From an uncultured Lachnospiraceae bacterium (GTDB lineage: Bacteria; Bacillota; Clostridia; Lachnospirales; Lachnospiraceae), in contig CANQYY010000006.1 of the NCBI GenBank assembly GCA_947628225.1, positions 22,378 through 86,377 on the forward strand: a stretch of 64,000 nucleotides of DNA, in the 5' to 3' direction. Below, piece after piece: positions 27,925 through 37,725 of the stretch. The notes beneath the pieces are model-generated. The model was not told the origin of the DNA and did not search any database. It saw nothing but the letters and a program-made list of their open reading frames with translations. The first letter of the stretch is position 1. Every line of letters starts with the position of its first letter. Both the position numbers and the translations under genes were made by a program.

Positions 27925-29309
27925 AGCATACCGCCTCCCATCCGGCGTTCTCCGTTTCCCATTTCCTCTGTCTGTTCCATATCAAGCAGCGATAGCTGGC
28001 GGTATCCGCCGCCGGTTATACGGACGGGAAGTTTTTCGTCCAGCCCAAGTAAATTTGCCAAAATAAATTTTTTGTCCAAACGGATGGGTATCATCATTTT
28101 CCCCCGGCAGGTAATAAAATACATGGCTCGTTTCAAAACGACGCCAAATTTTTTCAGCGAGGGATAATCCAAACTCCCCATTTTTCTCGCAGCCACTATC
28201 CGTCCGGCGGATTTGACCCCTACGCCGGGAATGCGCAATAAGGTGCGGTAATCCGCAGTTTGAACCTCCACCGGAAACTGCTCCAGATGATTCAGCGCCC
28301 AGTTGCACTTCGGGTCAATTTGTATATTTAGATTGGGATTGTCCCCGGTAATGATCTCCTCCGCCCTGAAGTGGTAATACCGCATCAGAAAGTCCGCCTG
28401 ATATAAGCGGTGTTCCCGTAATAGCTGCGGGCCTTTTTCACTCGTGTCCGGAAGGGTTTCATCCTTTGTCGTATTGATGAAGGCAGAATAAAATACCCTC
28501 TTTAAATCAAATTGCCGGTACAATGCCTCCGCCACATGGATAATTTCATAATCGCTTTCCCCGGAAGCGCCCACTATCATCTGAGTACTTTGTCCTGCCG
28601 GCACAAAGCGGGAGCCGGGATGAGCTTCCTGCAGGGCATAGCCTGTATCCTCCCGCACCGACGGCGGCTGGAGGGAAGAAGACCCCGCCAGTAACAGGCT
28701 TTCCCTTCTCCCCATCTGTATCTGTTTCATCGGGGTTAATATTTTGCGGCGGTTCTTTTGGGGCGCCAGCTTTTTTAACCCGTCTGCCGTCGCCAGCTCC
28801 AGATTCACGCTCATCCTGTCCACAAGCCAGCCGGTTTTTTCAATAAGCAGCGAATCGGCGCCCGGTATTGCCTTAACATGGATATAACCGTTAAATTTAT
28901 ATTTTTTCCGGAGGAGAACTACTGTCTGATAAATCTGCTCCATTGTATAATTCGGATTGTTTTGGATACCCGAACTTAAAAACAGTCCTTCGATATAGTT
29001 TCTCCGATAAAAGGATATGGTAAGCTCCGCAATTTCCTCCGGGGTAAAGGTTGCCCTGGGGGTGTCCCGGGACGAGCGGTTGCTGCAATATTTACAATCA
29101 AAAACGCATTCGTTACTCTGCAATATTTTCAGCAGGGAGATACATCTTCCGTCTGCAGAAAAGCAATGGCAAATGCCGGAGGCTACTGTATTGCCCATGG
29201 TCCCTGCGGTCCCCCGGCGGCTGCTGCCGCTGGAGGTACACGCCACATCATATTTTGCCGCATCGGTCAAAATTTTTAATTTTTTAAATATTTCCTGTGA
29301 TAACGCCAT
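27921..29309 (-). CDS. Putative DNA modification/repair radical SAM protein (TIGR03916) with HhH motif
   Basis: KILTDAAKYDVAC, CVFDCKYC (CxxxCxxC), QSTQMIVGA, REHRLYQAD, LLRIPGVG. Confidence 0.93.
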   Translation of the reverse strand: MALSQEIFKKLKILTDAAKYDVACTSSGSSRRGTAGTMGNTVASGICHCFSADGRCISLLKILQSNECVFDCKYCSNRSSRDTPRATFTPEEIAELTISFYRRNYIEGLFLSSGIQNNPNYTMEQIYQTVVLLRKKYKFNGYIHVKAIPGADSLLIEKTGWLVDRMSVNLELATADGLKKLAPQKNRRKILTPMKQIQMGRRESLLLAGSSSLQPPSVREDTGYALQEAHPGSRFVPAGQSTQMIVGASGESDYEIIHVAEALYRQFDLKRVFYSAFINTTKDETLPDTSEKGPQLLREHRLYQADFLMRYYHFRAEEIITGDNPNLNIQIDPKCNWALNHLEQFPVEVQTADYRTLLRIPGVGVKSAGRIVAARKMGSLDYPSLKKFGVVLKRAMYFITCRGKMMIPIRLDKKFILANLLGLDEKLPVRITGGGYRQLSLLDMEQTEEMGNGERRMGGGML

Positions 29310-29329
29310 ATCCCTGCCTCCTGCACAAA

Positions 29330-29389
29330 AAAATAAAACCAGAACATCTGTTCTGGTTTTATTTTAGCATACATATGTTCGGGATGCAA
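29330..29389 (-). promoter_or_regulatory. sigma-A promoter with two Gram-positive SOS (LexA) boxes
   Basis: TTGCAT-17 nt-TAAAAT. Box GAAC-ATCT-GTTC at 29342-29353 lies inside a 16-bp perfect palindrome; a second CGAAC-ATAT-GTATG lies in the promoter spacer. Confidence 0.8.
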
Positions 29390-29406
29390 GATATTTCTAC
29401 TACTTA

Positions 29407-30762
29407 TTATAAATATCTTGCGAAAATAATGCCGGTGCATACAAGTAATACTAATACGGTAATCGGAATCACGGATTTACAATATTTACCCCAGCCTACA
29501 TGATACCCTTCCTTTTCCGCTACGGCAATGCCTACTACGTTTGCAGAAGCTCCAATCGGCGTTGCGCTTCCGCCAATATCGGTTCCCATGGAAAGAGCCC
29601 ATGCCAGAGCAGACAAATCCGCTCCCTGCGATGCCGCCAGCGTTTTAATGACCGGAATCATAGTCGCCGCAAATGGAATATTATCCACTACAGCGCTGGA
29701 TATTGCTGAAATCCATATAATGATTGCCAGCATCAGATACATATTTCCTCCGCTGATACGCCCGATGAAAGCGGCAATCACTTCGAGGATGCCCGTCGAC
29801 TCCAGCCCTCCTACTACTATAAACAGGCCGATGAAAAAGAGTAACGTCTTGTAATCTACCTTTTTAGCAATTTCTACCGCCGCCTTACCGGAAGTAAGGA
29901 AAGTAATAACGGCAATAAACAGTCCGATAAACGCTACGGTAAGCCCTGTCTGCGCATGGGTCACTAACAGCACAATGGCGCAAAGGAAAATAATAATACT
30001 GATGATAAAGCCCCGTTTATCCTTAATCGCTTTCTTAGGATCCAAATCCGACAGATCTTCTAACGCTGCTTCCCCGGACTGTTTCAATTCCCTGCGGAAG
30101 CACAAATAAAAATAAGCAACAACCAAGATCAATGACACGCCCGCCATAACACCGGTATTGGTCAAAAAATCCATAAAGGTGTAATGCAGGGAAGTTCCGA
30201 TAATAATATTAGGCGGATCTCCGCACATGGTAGCCGAACCTCCCAGGTTAGCGCAAAAAATCTCTGCCATGATCATCGGTATCGGACTAAATTTAAGCAA
30301 TACCGCCAATTCTACCGTGACGGCAGCCAAGAACAAAATAACGGTAATGCTGTCGATAAACATTGCCAGTACCGATGACATTATCATAAAGGTAATAAAA
30401 ATCGGCACGGTCTTATAATGAACCAGTTGGGCAATCCGCATGCAAAGCCAACGGAAAAATCCAACTCTTGCCATTCCCTCTACCATAACCATCATGCCCG
30501 CTATAAAAATAATAGTTGCCCAGTTAATGCCGGAGGAGGACTCGGCAGACTTTCCTGCCTGATACCAGAAATCCAGGGTGAAAATACTGCGGATGTTTAA
30601 AGTTTCCCATATCGCCGCGGCGCTGTGCATGCATACCCCAAATACCAATACTAATGTCAACAGCCCGCATCCCAATGTAACATAATGCCTCTCTATTTTG
30701 TCTGCCACAATCATGGCAAACATAAAAATGAATATTGTTACTGCCAATATCTGTGCTATCAT
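29407..30762 (-). CDS. ArsB/NhaD/CitMHS (SLC13-like) ion transporter
   Basis: Multi-TM; FIDSITVIL, ANLGGSATMCGDPPNII, DNIP, GGSATPIGASANV. Confidence 0.88.
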   Translation of the reverse strand: MIAQILAVTIFIFMFAMIVADKIERHYVTLGCGLLTLVLVFGVCMHSAAAIWETLNIRSIFTLDFWYQAGKSAESSSGINWATIIFIAGMMVMVEGMARVGFFRWLCMRIAQLVHYKTVPIFITFMIMSSVLAMFIDSITVILFLAAVTVELAVLLKFSPIPMIMAEIFCANLGGSATMCGDPPNIIIGTSLHYTFMDFLTNTGVMAGVSLILVVAYFYLCFRRELKQSGEAALEDLSDLDPKKAIKDKRGFIISIIIFLCAIVLLVTHAQTGLTVAFIGLFIAVITFLTSGKAAVEIAKKVDYKTLLFFIGLFIVVGGLESTGILEVIAAFIGRISGGNMYLMLAIIIWISAISSAVVDNIPFAATMIPVIKTLAASQGADLSALAWALSMGTDIGGSATPIGASANVVGIAVAEKEGYHVGWGKYCKSVIPITVLVLLVCTGIIFARYL

Positions 30763-30857
30763 CTTTCGCAGCCTCCTAGTATGTACTTTTTTTTACCATG
30801 TACAATTTTAATTCTTTCCTATATTATTGTCAAATGGAAATTTCAAAAAAAATACTA

Positions 30858-31391
30858 TCAGGTTTCTTCTGCTGCGACAGCTTCTTCTGCCGGCACTGCT
30901 TCACTGGCGGCAGCCGTTTCACTTCGAGAGGCATCCTCTCTCTTTAATGCCCTGAGCTTTTCATCATACTCTGTCTTTTCCTCTTCAAACAGCGCATCCT
31001 GCTTCTTATGCTTCTCATTGGCATGGAGCATCGCCGCTGCTTTCGCCGTCTGATATAGATCAGAATCAAATTCCATCAGCTTTTTTTCATCCGAAGCAGG
31101 AACCTTGTCCCCATTGGAGATCCTTCTGGCGATCTCCAATATTTTAGCCATGTCGCGCATTCCCTCTCCCGCCTTTTTGGCTGCTTCCTTTGCCGACTCC
31201 AACTGCTCCTGATACATCTTTTTCAAATCTTCGGAAATCTCAAGAGTAACTCCCCGCTTTTCCTCCCCGGATTCTTTTGCAGCCTGCTGCTTTCCCTCCA
31301 AAGCCGCCGCCTTTTGCGGTACAGCCTTTGCTGCAGCTGCAGAATACAATTCCGGCTTATTTTCCCATTCTTCCGCTTTTATTGTCCACAT
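30858..31391 (-). CDS. Conserved hypothetical helical protein
   Basis: ATG at 31391 with ggagg-like RBS; core ARRISNGDKVPASDEKKLMEFD in a low-complexity Ala/Glu/Lys context. Confidence 0.65.
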   Translation of the reverse strand: MWTIKAEEWENKPELYSAAAAKAVPQKAAALEGKQQAAKESGEEKRGVTLEISEDLKKMYQEQLESAKEAAKKAGEGMRDMAKILEIARRISNGDKVPASDEKKLMEFDSDLYQTAKAAAMLHANEKHKKQDALFEEEKTEYDEKLRALKREDASRSETAAASEAVPAEEAVAAEET

Positions 31392-31440
31392 AGATACCGC
31401 CTCCCTGCTTATTTCTCTCCTTTTTGCGTCCCTGCAAAAA

Positions 31441-32826
31441 TCATTCCTGTCCCGGCACTTTGGGAAGTTTCGCAATGCTTTCAGCAATTTCCTCATCCGT
31501 CAGGGTGTAGTTTTCCATCTCCCCGTCGTTAAACTTCTCATACGCATACATATCAAAGTATCCGGTTCCGGTAAGTCCGAATAAAATCGTTTTTTCCTCT
31601 CCGGTTTCCCTGCAGCGGATCGCCTCGTCCATGGCCACGCGGATGGCATGGCTGCTTTCCGGCGCCGGCAGAATCCCCTCTACTCTGGCAAACTGCTCCG
31701 CCGCCTCAAAAACTTCTGTCTGTGTTACGCTGACAGCCTCCATATAGTTGTCGTCATATAGCTGGGACAACACGGAACTCATACCATGATAGCGAAGTCC
31801 TCCCGCATGATTCGGCGCAGGCATAAAACTGCTGCCCAGAGTATACATTTTAGCCAGCGGGCAGATAGCGCCTGTGTCACAGAAATCATAGGCGTAGGTT
31901 CCTCTCGTAAAGCTCGGGCAGGAAGCCGGCTCTACGGCAATCACTCTGTAATCTGCTTCGCCCCGCAGCTTTTCTCCCATAAAGGGCGCAATCAGACCGC
32001 CCAGATTGGAGCCGCCTCCGGCACAGCCGATAATAATGTCCGGTTTCTCTCCATATTTATCCAGAGCAATTTTGGTTTCCAGACCGATGACCGACTGATG
32101 GATTAATACCTGGGTCAAAACGGAACCGAGCACATAACGGTATCCCTCCTGCGTTACGGCAGCCTCTACCGCTTCCGAGATCGCACAGCCTAAACTTCCA
32201 TTTGTGTCCGGAAACTGAGCGCGGATTTTTCTTCCCACTTCTGTTTTATCGGAGGGGGATGGCGTTACATCAGCGCCATAGGTACGCATGACTTCACGGC
32301 GGAACGGTTTCTGCTCATAGGAAACCTTTACCATATACACCTGACAGTCCAGTCCCAGAAAAGCGCACGCCATGGAAAGGGCGGTCCCCCACTGTCCGGC
32401 TCCCGTTTCCGTAGTAACTCCTTTCAGTCCCTGTTTCTTCGCATAATAAGCCTGAGCAATAGCGGAATTCAGCTTATGGCTCCCGGATGTATTATTTCCC
32501 TCAAATTTGTAATAAATCTTCGCCGGGGTGTTTAAATATTTCTCCAGATGATACGCCCGGACTAAAGGCGCCGGACGGTACATTTTATAAAATTGCAATA
32601 TTTCATCCGGAATATCGATATAAGGAGTCTGATCGTCCAACTCCTGTTTCGCCAGCTCCTCACAGAAAATGCCGCTCATCTCTTCCAGTGTAACCGGTTT
32701 CCCTGTCCCCGGATTCAAAAGCGGCGCCGGTTTATTCTTCATATCCGCCCTCAGATTGTACCACTGCTTTGGCATTTCATGTTCTTCCAGATAAATTTTG
32801 TAGGGAATTTCTTTGTTATCCATCAT
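31441..32826 (-). CDS. Stand-alone TrpB-like PLP enzyme (TrpB2 type)
   Basis: SGSHKLNSA, TTETGAGQWG, GCAGGGSNLGG, PAPESSHA; no trpA in the window. Confidence 0.92.
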   Translation of the reverse strand: MMDNKEIPYKIYLEEHEMPKQWYNLRADMKNKPAPLLNPGTGKPVTLEEMSGIFCEELAKQELDDQTPYIDIPDEILQFYKMYRPAPLVRAYHLEKYLNTPAKIYYKFEGNNTSGSHKLNSAIAQAYYAKKQGLKGVTTETGAGQWGTALSMACAFLGLDCQVYMVKVSYEQKPFRREVMRTYGADVTPSPSDKTEVGRKIRAQFPDTNGSLGCAISEAVEAAVTQEGYRYVLGSVLTQVLIHQSVIGLETKIALDKYGEKPDIIIGCAGGGSNLGGLIAPFMGEKLRGEADYRVIAVEPASCPSFTRGTYAYDFCDTGAICPLAKMYTLGSSFMPAPNHAGGLRYHGMSSVLSQLYDDNYMEAVSVTQTEVFEAAEQFARVEGILPAPESSHAIRVAMDEAIRCRETGEEKTILFGLTGTGYFDMYAYEKFNDGEMENYTLTDEEIAESIAKLPKVPGQE

Positions 32827-33023
32827 TTTTTCTTCCTTTCTCATAATGCCTGTCCGCCTTGCCAGACATACCGAGCGGCTTTCAGGTATACTTTAAAGTA
32901 TATATCGGCAGCATGCAGAGTTTCCACAAGACTACCTTTTCTCATCATATTTATTTTTCTATAAAACTCTATCACTTCCAAAAAACTTTTCTTCTATCAC
33001 TCATTATTCCTCTTTTCGATAAA

Positions 33024-33059
33024 AGAATCTGCTTCAGCAGCAAGCGAAAAGCAGATTCT
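33024..33059 (-). terminator. Terminator closing the island operon
   Basis: agaatctgctt...aagcagattct, 11-bp stem, with U-tract on the minus strand. Confidence 0.65.
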
Positions 33060-33094
33060 GTATGCAAAATGAGGTATTTCCCAGCAATTTTACG

Positions 33095-33445
33095 TCAGCG
33101 TTTCAATCTGCCATATGTTGCAATTGCTACGATTGCCAACAGATACACTGGCACAATAAATTTTAGCATAACCTGGTATACCATAATAAAAAAATCCATG
33201 TTAATAATCCCACCCTTATTCCAAGTGGCAGAGATATAAAACGGAATTTTCAACAGGAGCAATACAACCGCTGCAGCCAAAAGCAACAGAACTTCCAACC
33301 CTATAATCATAAAAATATATTTTTTATATCCTAATTTTTCTATATTGTGTTTTGTTCCTACTATGAAAAGCACAGGTATTATGCATCCAGACAAAATAAT
33401 TCCATAAATTGCTATTGTAATAATTCCTGCAAATATATTCTCCAT
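33095..33445 (-). CDS. Small 3-TM membrane protein (possible immunity factor)
   Basis: MENIFAG start with aggaagg RBS; three hydrophobic segments. Confidence 0.65.
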   Translation of the reverse strand: MENIFAGIITIAIYGIILSGCIIPVLFIVGTKHNIEKLGYKKYIFMIIGLEVLLLLAAAVVLLLLKIPFYISATWNKGGIINMDFFIMVYQVMLKFIVPVYLLAIVAIATYGRLKR

Positions 33446-33495
33446 CACTATTTCCTTCCTCCTTACAACAATTTCAGTTAAATAACTTAGCAAAC

Positions 33496-34467
33496 CTATT
33501 TCGACGAATGGTAAATATCTATTGTTGAAGTTTCACTTGAGCGAAGTATATCCCGCGGTGTAATTCCCGGTTCATTTAAAACACCTGTTGTTTCTAAATC
33601 CTTTCCCTGATTCTTATATGCTGCCCAAACTAATTCTGAACAATACCAATCCGGCTCGTTTTTTCCATAATCCTTACGTAAATCCAAGTTATATTTTTTA
33701 TCTAATTGTGAGATGCAAAAAGTCACGCTTGCTTTTTTCGCCTCATTATTTGCAATTGGCCTCAACAACGTAACTCCTCCTTCATCAGCTCGCGTATCAT
33801 CCAGCACCCCTCTCTTGACCCCATATGCGGGAGTGGCTTCGATAATCCTTATATAATAACCGCTGTCCTCATAAAACTTACCTTCTACAATTCCAACATG
33901 TCCACTAATACCTTTACCACCATTTTTCTCGTAAAAAATATCTCCCCTTTTAGCCTTTGATAATAAATAATATTTTGAATACTTACACTTTGAAGGTCTT
34001 CTTGTTCCAGTGTTATAATAATAACCAGATCTGCCATCTCCACCACTACTCATAATTCCATCGGAATTCTGTGGTATAGAGAAATCGGCTCCAGAAGACA
34101 TCTGTGGTTTTTCTAAATAGGATTTTATATCCACATCCCTACCCTGTAATATAGTTTCCTCGTATTCATCCCATGAAAGATTGACTGCATATCCTTTTTT
34201 TTCATATGTTGTGACCAGTTTCCTATAGTCTTGTTCCATAGTGACATATTGGAGAAGTTCCTCAGAGTTTCCATTTGTAACATCAGATGGGGTTAGCGCA
34301 CTATAATCAATCTGTGTAAATCCTTCATTTCCAATATGACTTTCCCTTTTTACAGCAGCTGATACTTCCTGAGTATAATACATGCCTACAATTTCATAAC
34401 TCAAAAAATATATTATTGTTACAAACCCAATCATCTTTTTAATGCTTAAACAATTTCTTCCCTTCAT
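33496..34467 (-). CDS. Secreted permuted NlpC/P60 (YiiX/YebB/YycO-like) papain-fold amidase
   Basis: Signal-like N-terminus (EVSA); RGDIF...GHVGIV precedes WYCSELVWAAY, the permuted His-before-Cys order. Confidence 0.85.
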   Translation of the reverse strand: MKGRNCLSIKKMIGFVTIIYFLSYEIVGMYYTQEVSAAVKRESHIGNEGFTQIDYSALTPSDVTNGNSEELLQYVTMEQDYRKLVTTYEKKGYAVNLSWDEYEETILQGRDVDIKSYLEKPQMSSGADFSIPQNSDGIMSSGGDGRSGYYYNTGTRRPSKCKYSKYYLLSKAKRGDIFYEKNGGKGISGHVGIVEGKFYEDSGYYIRIIEATPAYGVKRGVLDDTRADEGGVTLLRPIANNEAKKASVTFCISQLDKKYNLDLRKDYGKNEPDWYCSELVWAAYKNQGKDLETTGVLNEPGITPRDILRSSETSTIDIYHSSK

Positions 34468-34602
34468 TTACTAAATCCTCCTGTCATTCATTATATTATC
34501 AAAACGCCTCGTTAATTTTCCATCTGTACTACTATGAGAGTTTTTACAAATAACCATAATACATCAGTTGATAACCCCCACGAGATAACAAAACTTTTAT
34601 TA

Positions 34603-35103
34603 TCAAGTTTCTTTCCGGTACTCAACAACATACCACCTGATATATCCATCAAACCCTTCGACATGCTTATTACATAATGCTTTAATCACTTTATCCGGTT
34701 CAATCCACATCTCTGTATTATGGTTATATTGTGTTATCCGAAACAGGTTTTTCAGTTTGTCAATATCTGTTACACAAAACTCTGCCTTATCCTGGCATCC
34801 GCATCCAGCCTCCTTTTCATCCCAATGTCCCCATATGTACTTACCTTGTTCAAGGCTTTTTTTCCATTGCAGATATATATATTCCTTCTTCTCAAAGTAG
34901 TAATATTTCACAAAAGTCCATACAATATGTTCATCAAAAAATAGAGTCTGAAGCATCTCCGGAAATTTTCCCTGTTTCTCTGCCATATCCAATTCCATTA
35001 TTAATTCCGGTCTATGTTTCAGTAATAAATCAATTTTCACTGCTTTTTCCAAGCCATAATTGCTACATACCTTTTTTAGTATATTCATAACAATCCCCTC
35101 CAT
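34603..35103 (-). CDS. Hypothetical protein
   Basis: 166-aa ORF co-oriented and tightly packed in the island operon; no recognisable motif. Confidence 0.6.
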   Translation of the reverse strand: MEGIVMNILKKVCSNYGLEKAVKIDLLLKHRPELIMELDMAEKQGKFPEMLQTLFFDEHIVWTFVKYYYFEKKEYIYLQWKKSLEQGKYIWGHWDEKEAGCGCQDKAEFCVTDIDKLKNLFRITQYNHNTEMWIEPDKVIKALCNKHVEGFDGYIRWYVVEYRKET

Positions 35104-35108
35104 AGAGT

Positions 35109-36065
35109 TTAAGAAAAAATGATTTTCGAAAGAATATTTTGCTCTTTCTCCAATAGCTGAAGCGCTTTGTCATACATTCGAACTGCCGTTTTAGAGGATG
35201 GTTGCATAGCATACCTTATCCAATTATTTAAAATTGAATGAAAGCCATTTCCTATTTCAATATATTCATCTATATCAACAGGCGTAAATTCAATTTCCCC
35301 TTTTTCTCCCAGATATTTTAACCGAGCCAGCATTAGTTTCTTATGCTCATAAGCAAGATATACCGATTGACGGGGAATATATTCCCTTTTCTTCCCCCAC
35401 CGTTTTATATCCTCAAAAAAATCTTCCAAAGCGTGAATACCCTCCAAAGAGTCTGCCGCAAGATAAGCGACAATGCCGTTTCTGCTTGCCTTTGTTGATT
35501 CGGAATATACAAAATCCCTATTACGCTGATATGAATTAAGTCCCACATGCCCATCTTCATCCCTGTTTTTATCGGATACCACAGCATTTAGATATTGTTC
35601 AAATGTCACATAAAAATATTTCCATTCGTAATTTTTTGTATAACCCAGGCATCCAAACATTCCTAATTCTTCATCCACTGAGGTCAAAAAATACTCATGC
35701 ATATAATCTGTCCTTTGGTATGCTCTGGATTCCGGTATATAAAATTCATTCCACATACCATATATATACCAACCGTCACATATACGTTCTATTATAAAAT
35801 CCAGCATTCTCTTTTTACTGGAAAGGGAATCAAAAGGAATGCTGTGGAATGCCTTTACAAAAATACCATCGCTCGTAAAAAAATCATAATAATCATAGTT
35901 TAAAAATTTATCCTTCGGATTATTCTGACAATAATAAATCTGACAAAACTTCTGTTGAATCCAATTTTTAAATTCTCTTGTACTTTCCAGCATTGACAAC
36001 GGATAGGCGTGGTGTACATATGTTTTAACATAAGGTTCATACATCTTCAATTGCTTTTTTCTCAT
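35109..36065 (-). CDS. BtrH-like/papain-fold protein lacking an obvious catalytic Cys
   Basis: TYVHHAYPLSML, WNEFYIP...YMHEYFLTSVDE...GY pattern plus a helical C-terminal domain. Confidence 0.55.
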   Translation of the reverse strand: MRKKQLKMYEPYVKTYVHHAYPLSMLESTREFKNWIQQKFCQIYYCQNNPKDKFLNYDYYDFFTSDGIFVKAFHSIPFDSLSSKKRMLDFIIERICDGWYIYGMWNEFYIPESRAYQRTDYMHEYFLTSVDEELGMFGCLGYTKNYEWKYFYVTFEQYLNAVVSDKNRDEDGHVGLNSYQRNRDFVYSESTKASRNGIVAYLAADSLEGIHALEDFFEDIKRWGKKREYIPRQSVYLAYEHKKLMLARLKYLGEKGEIEFTPVDIDEYIEIGNGFHSILNNWIRYAMQPSSKTAVRMYDKALQLLEKEQNILSKIIFS

Positions 36066-37725
36066 TAATTTTCTCCTTCACATATTGAATCAAATCTAAA
36101 ATAGTAGTATATTTTTCACATAAGATGTACGCATCATCAAATTCAATTTTATACTTTTCCTCAATTTCCATAATGATACTTATAAAAATAATAGATGTAA
36201 TGCCAATTTCTTCTAACATTGATTCACGATTTACTTTTCTATTCTCCACATCCACATTTCTTCTGACAATTTTCAATACTTCTCTTTCCACCTTGTCTTT
36301 ATATATAAATTTTTTCAATTTTTCGAACAACATCCAAAATCCTCTTCTCTGAAAATATGCATCCAATGTTTCTTTTCGATTTATCTTTCCATTATCCGAT
36401 AACTTAAACTGCTTCCATCTAATAAATTGATTGGGTATCATGTACCACGGCAAAGCCTTTTTCAAATATATGATTATATCTCTTGGGGCTATCTTTTTCC
36501 TTCTATTATATATTACCTTGATTACATCGTGATGAACAAATGCAATTGCACACTTTATCCCTGGATATGTAAGCATCTGCGTTTCAATTTCTTCCAATTC
36601 TATTCTGTATCCATTCCATTTAACCTGATTATCTTGTCGCCCTAAGAAAAAAAGTCTTCCGCATCCATCAAAACGCGCCAAATCTCCTGTATGATACAGT
36701 ATGATTTCCGTATTATTTTGAAATATCTTTTCAAATGCCTTTTTTGTCTTTTCCTTATCATCCAAATAGCCGGCAGAAACCCCGGCTCCAAACAAACAAA
36801 TCTCCCCTATTTCACCAATTTTCGCTTTTTTTCCTGTTTCATCCAACAGAATCAGATTCGTGTTTTCTAATGTGTCTTCTATTGAAACACATTTCTTCTT
36901 TGTTAAGTCAGTAATCGTTGACCAAATTGTAGCTTCAGAGGGACCATAGGCATTAAAAATCTGTGCCTTACATTTACTTTTAACACGAGCCAACAAATCA
37001 TCCGGGAATTTTTCTCCACCAACCAGTAAAGTACGAATATTTTTTGCAAACGCAAACTGTGCATCACATTTCTCCAACAATAAAAGTTGGGAAGGCGTAA
37101 TTTGTAAAATATCCACTCGGTTTTCTCTTAACATTCTGCATAGTGCATATGGGTTTTTCCTTTCATCTTTACTACTAAGTAAAATTGTCATTCCCTCAAA
37201 AAGTGGAACAAGCGTTTCCAGCAAAAAAATGTCAAAGGCTTCATATGTTATACAAGCAATAATTCCCTCCATGCATAACCGCTTACTTATCGCCCTCATA
37301 AAGCTTATTAAATTATCACGGCTTATGGGAATTATCTTAGGTTTACCCGTACTACCTGACGTAGAGATACAATAAGCCACATTGCAAAAATCCATGGGAG
37401 GATTTGATAAAATCCAGTTATTCAATAAACATAATCCTGAACCGGCATCTGTTTTTATAATGTAGTGAATTGACAGACGCTGACAAAGATTTTCTCTCCT
37501 GCCATCTGGCATTTCTAATGGAATAACCATAAAAGGAATTCCTTTCTCAAATAATACCCCTAACAATATTGGCAATATTTCTGTACGTTCCGCCATAACA
37601 CCTAACAAACCAATATCTTCAACGTCATCTAAGAGTTTTTCCACCTTCTTTTCAATTTTTCTAATATATGTATAATCGAAGACCTGTCCAAGAAATAATA
37701 TCTTCGCTCTTTCGGAAATATGCAT
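36037..37725 (-). CDS. Stand-alone amino-acid adenylation domain fused to a C-terminal carrier (A-T didomain)
   Basis: STSGSTGKPK (A3), FDIF (A4), NAYGPSEAT (A5), YHTGDL (A7), GRQDNQVKWNGYRIELEEIE (A8), NGKINR (A10); carrier motif GITSIIFISIIMEIEE. Confidence 0.9.
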   Translation of the reverse strand: MHISERAKILFLGQVFDYTYIRKIEKKVEKLLDDVEDIGLLGVMAERTEILPILLGVLFEKGIPFMVIPLEMPDGRRENLCQRLSIHYIIKTDAGSGLCLLNNWILSNPPMDFCNVAYCISTSGSTGKPKIIPISRDNLISFMRAISKRLCMEGIIACITYEAFDIFLLETLVPLFEGMTILLSSKDERKNPYALCRMLRENRVDILQITPSQLLLLEKCDAQFAFAKNIRTLLVGGEKFPDDLLARVKSKCKAQIFNAYGPSEATIWSTITDLTKKKCVSIEDTLENTNLILLDETGKKAKIGEIGEICLFGAGVSAGYLDDKEKTKKAFEKIFQNNTEIILYHTGDLARFDGCGRLFFLGRQDNQVKWNGYRIELEEIETQMLTYPGIKCAIAFVHHDVIKVIYNRRKKIAPRDIIIYLKKALPWYMIPNQFIRWKQFKLSDNGKINRKETLDAYFQRRGFWMLFEKLKKFIYKDKVEREVLKIVRRNVDVENRKVNRESMLEEIGITSIIFISIIMEIEEKYKIEFDDAYILCEKYTTILDLIQYVKEKINEKKAIEDV

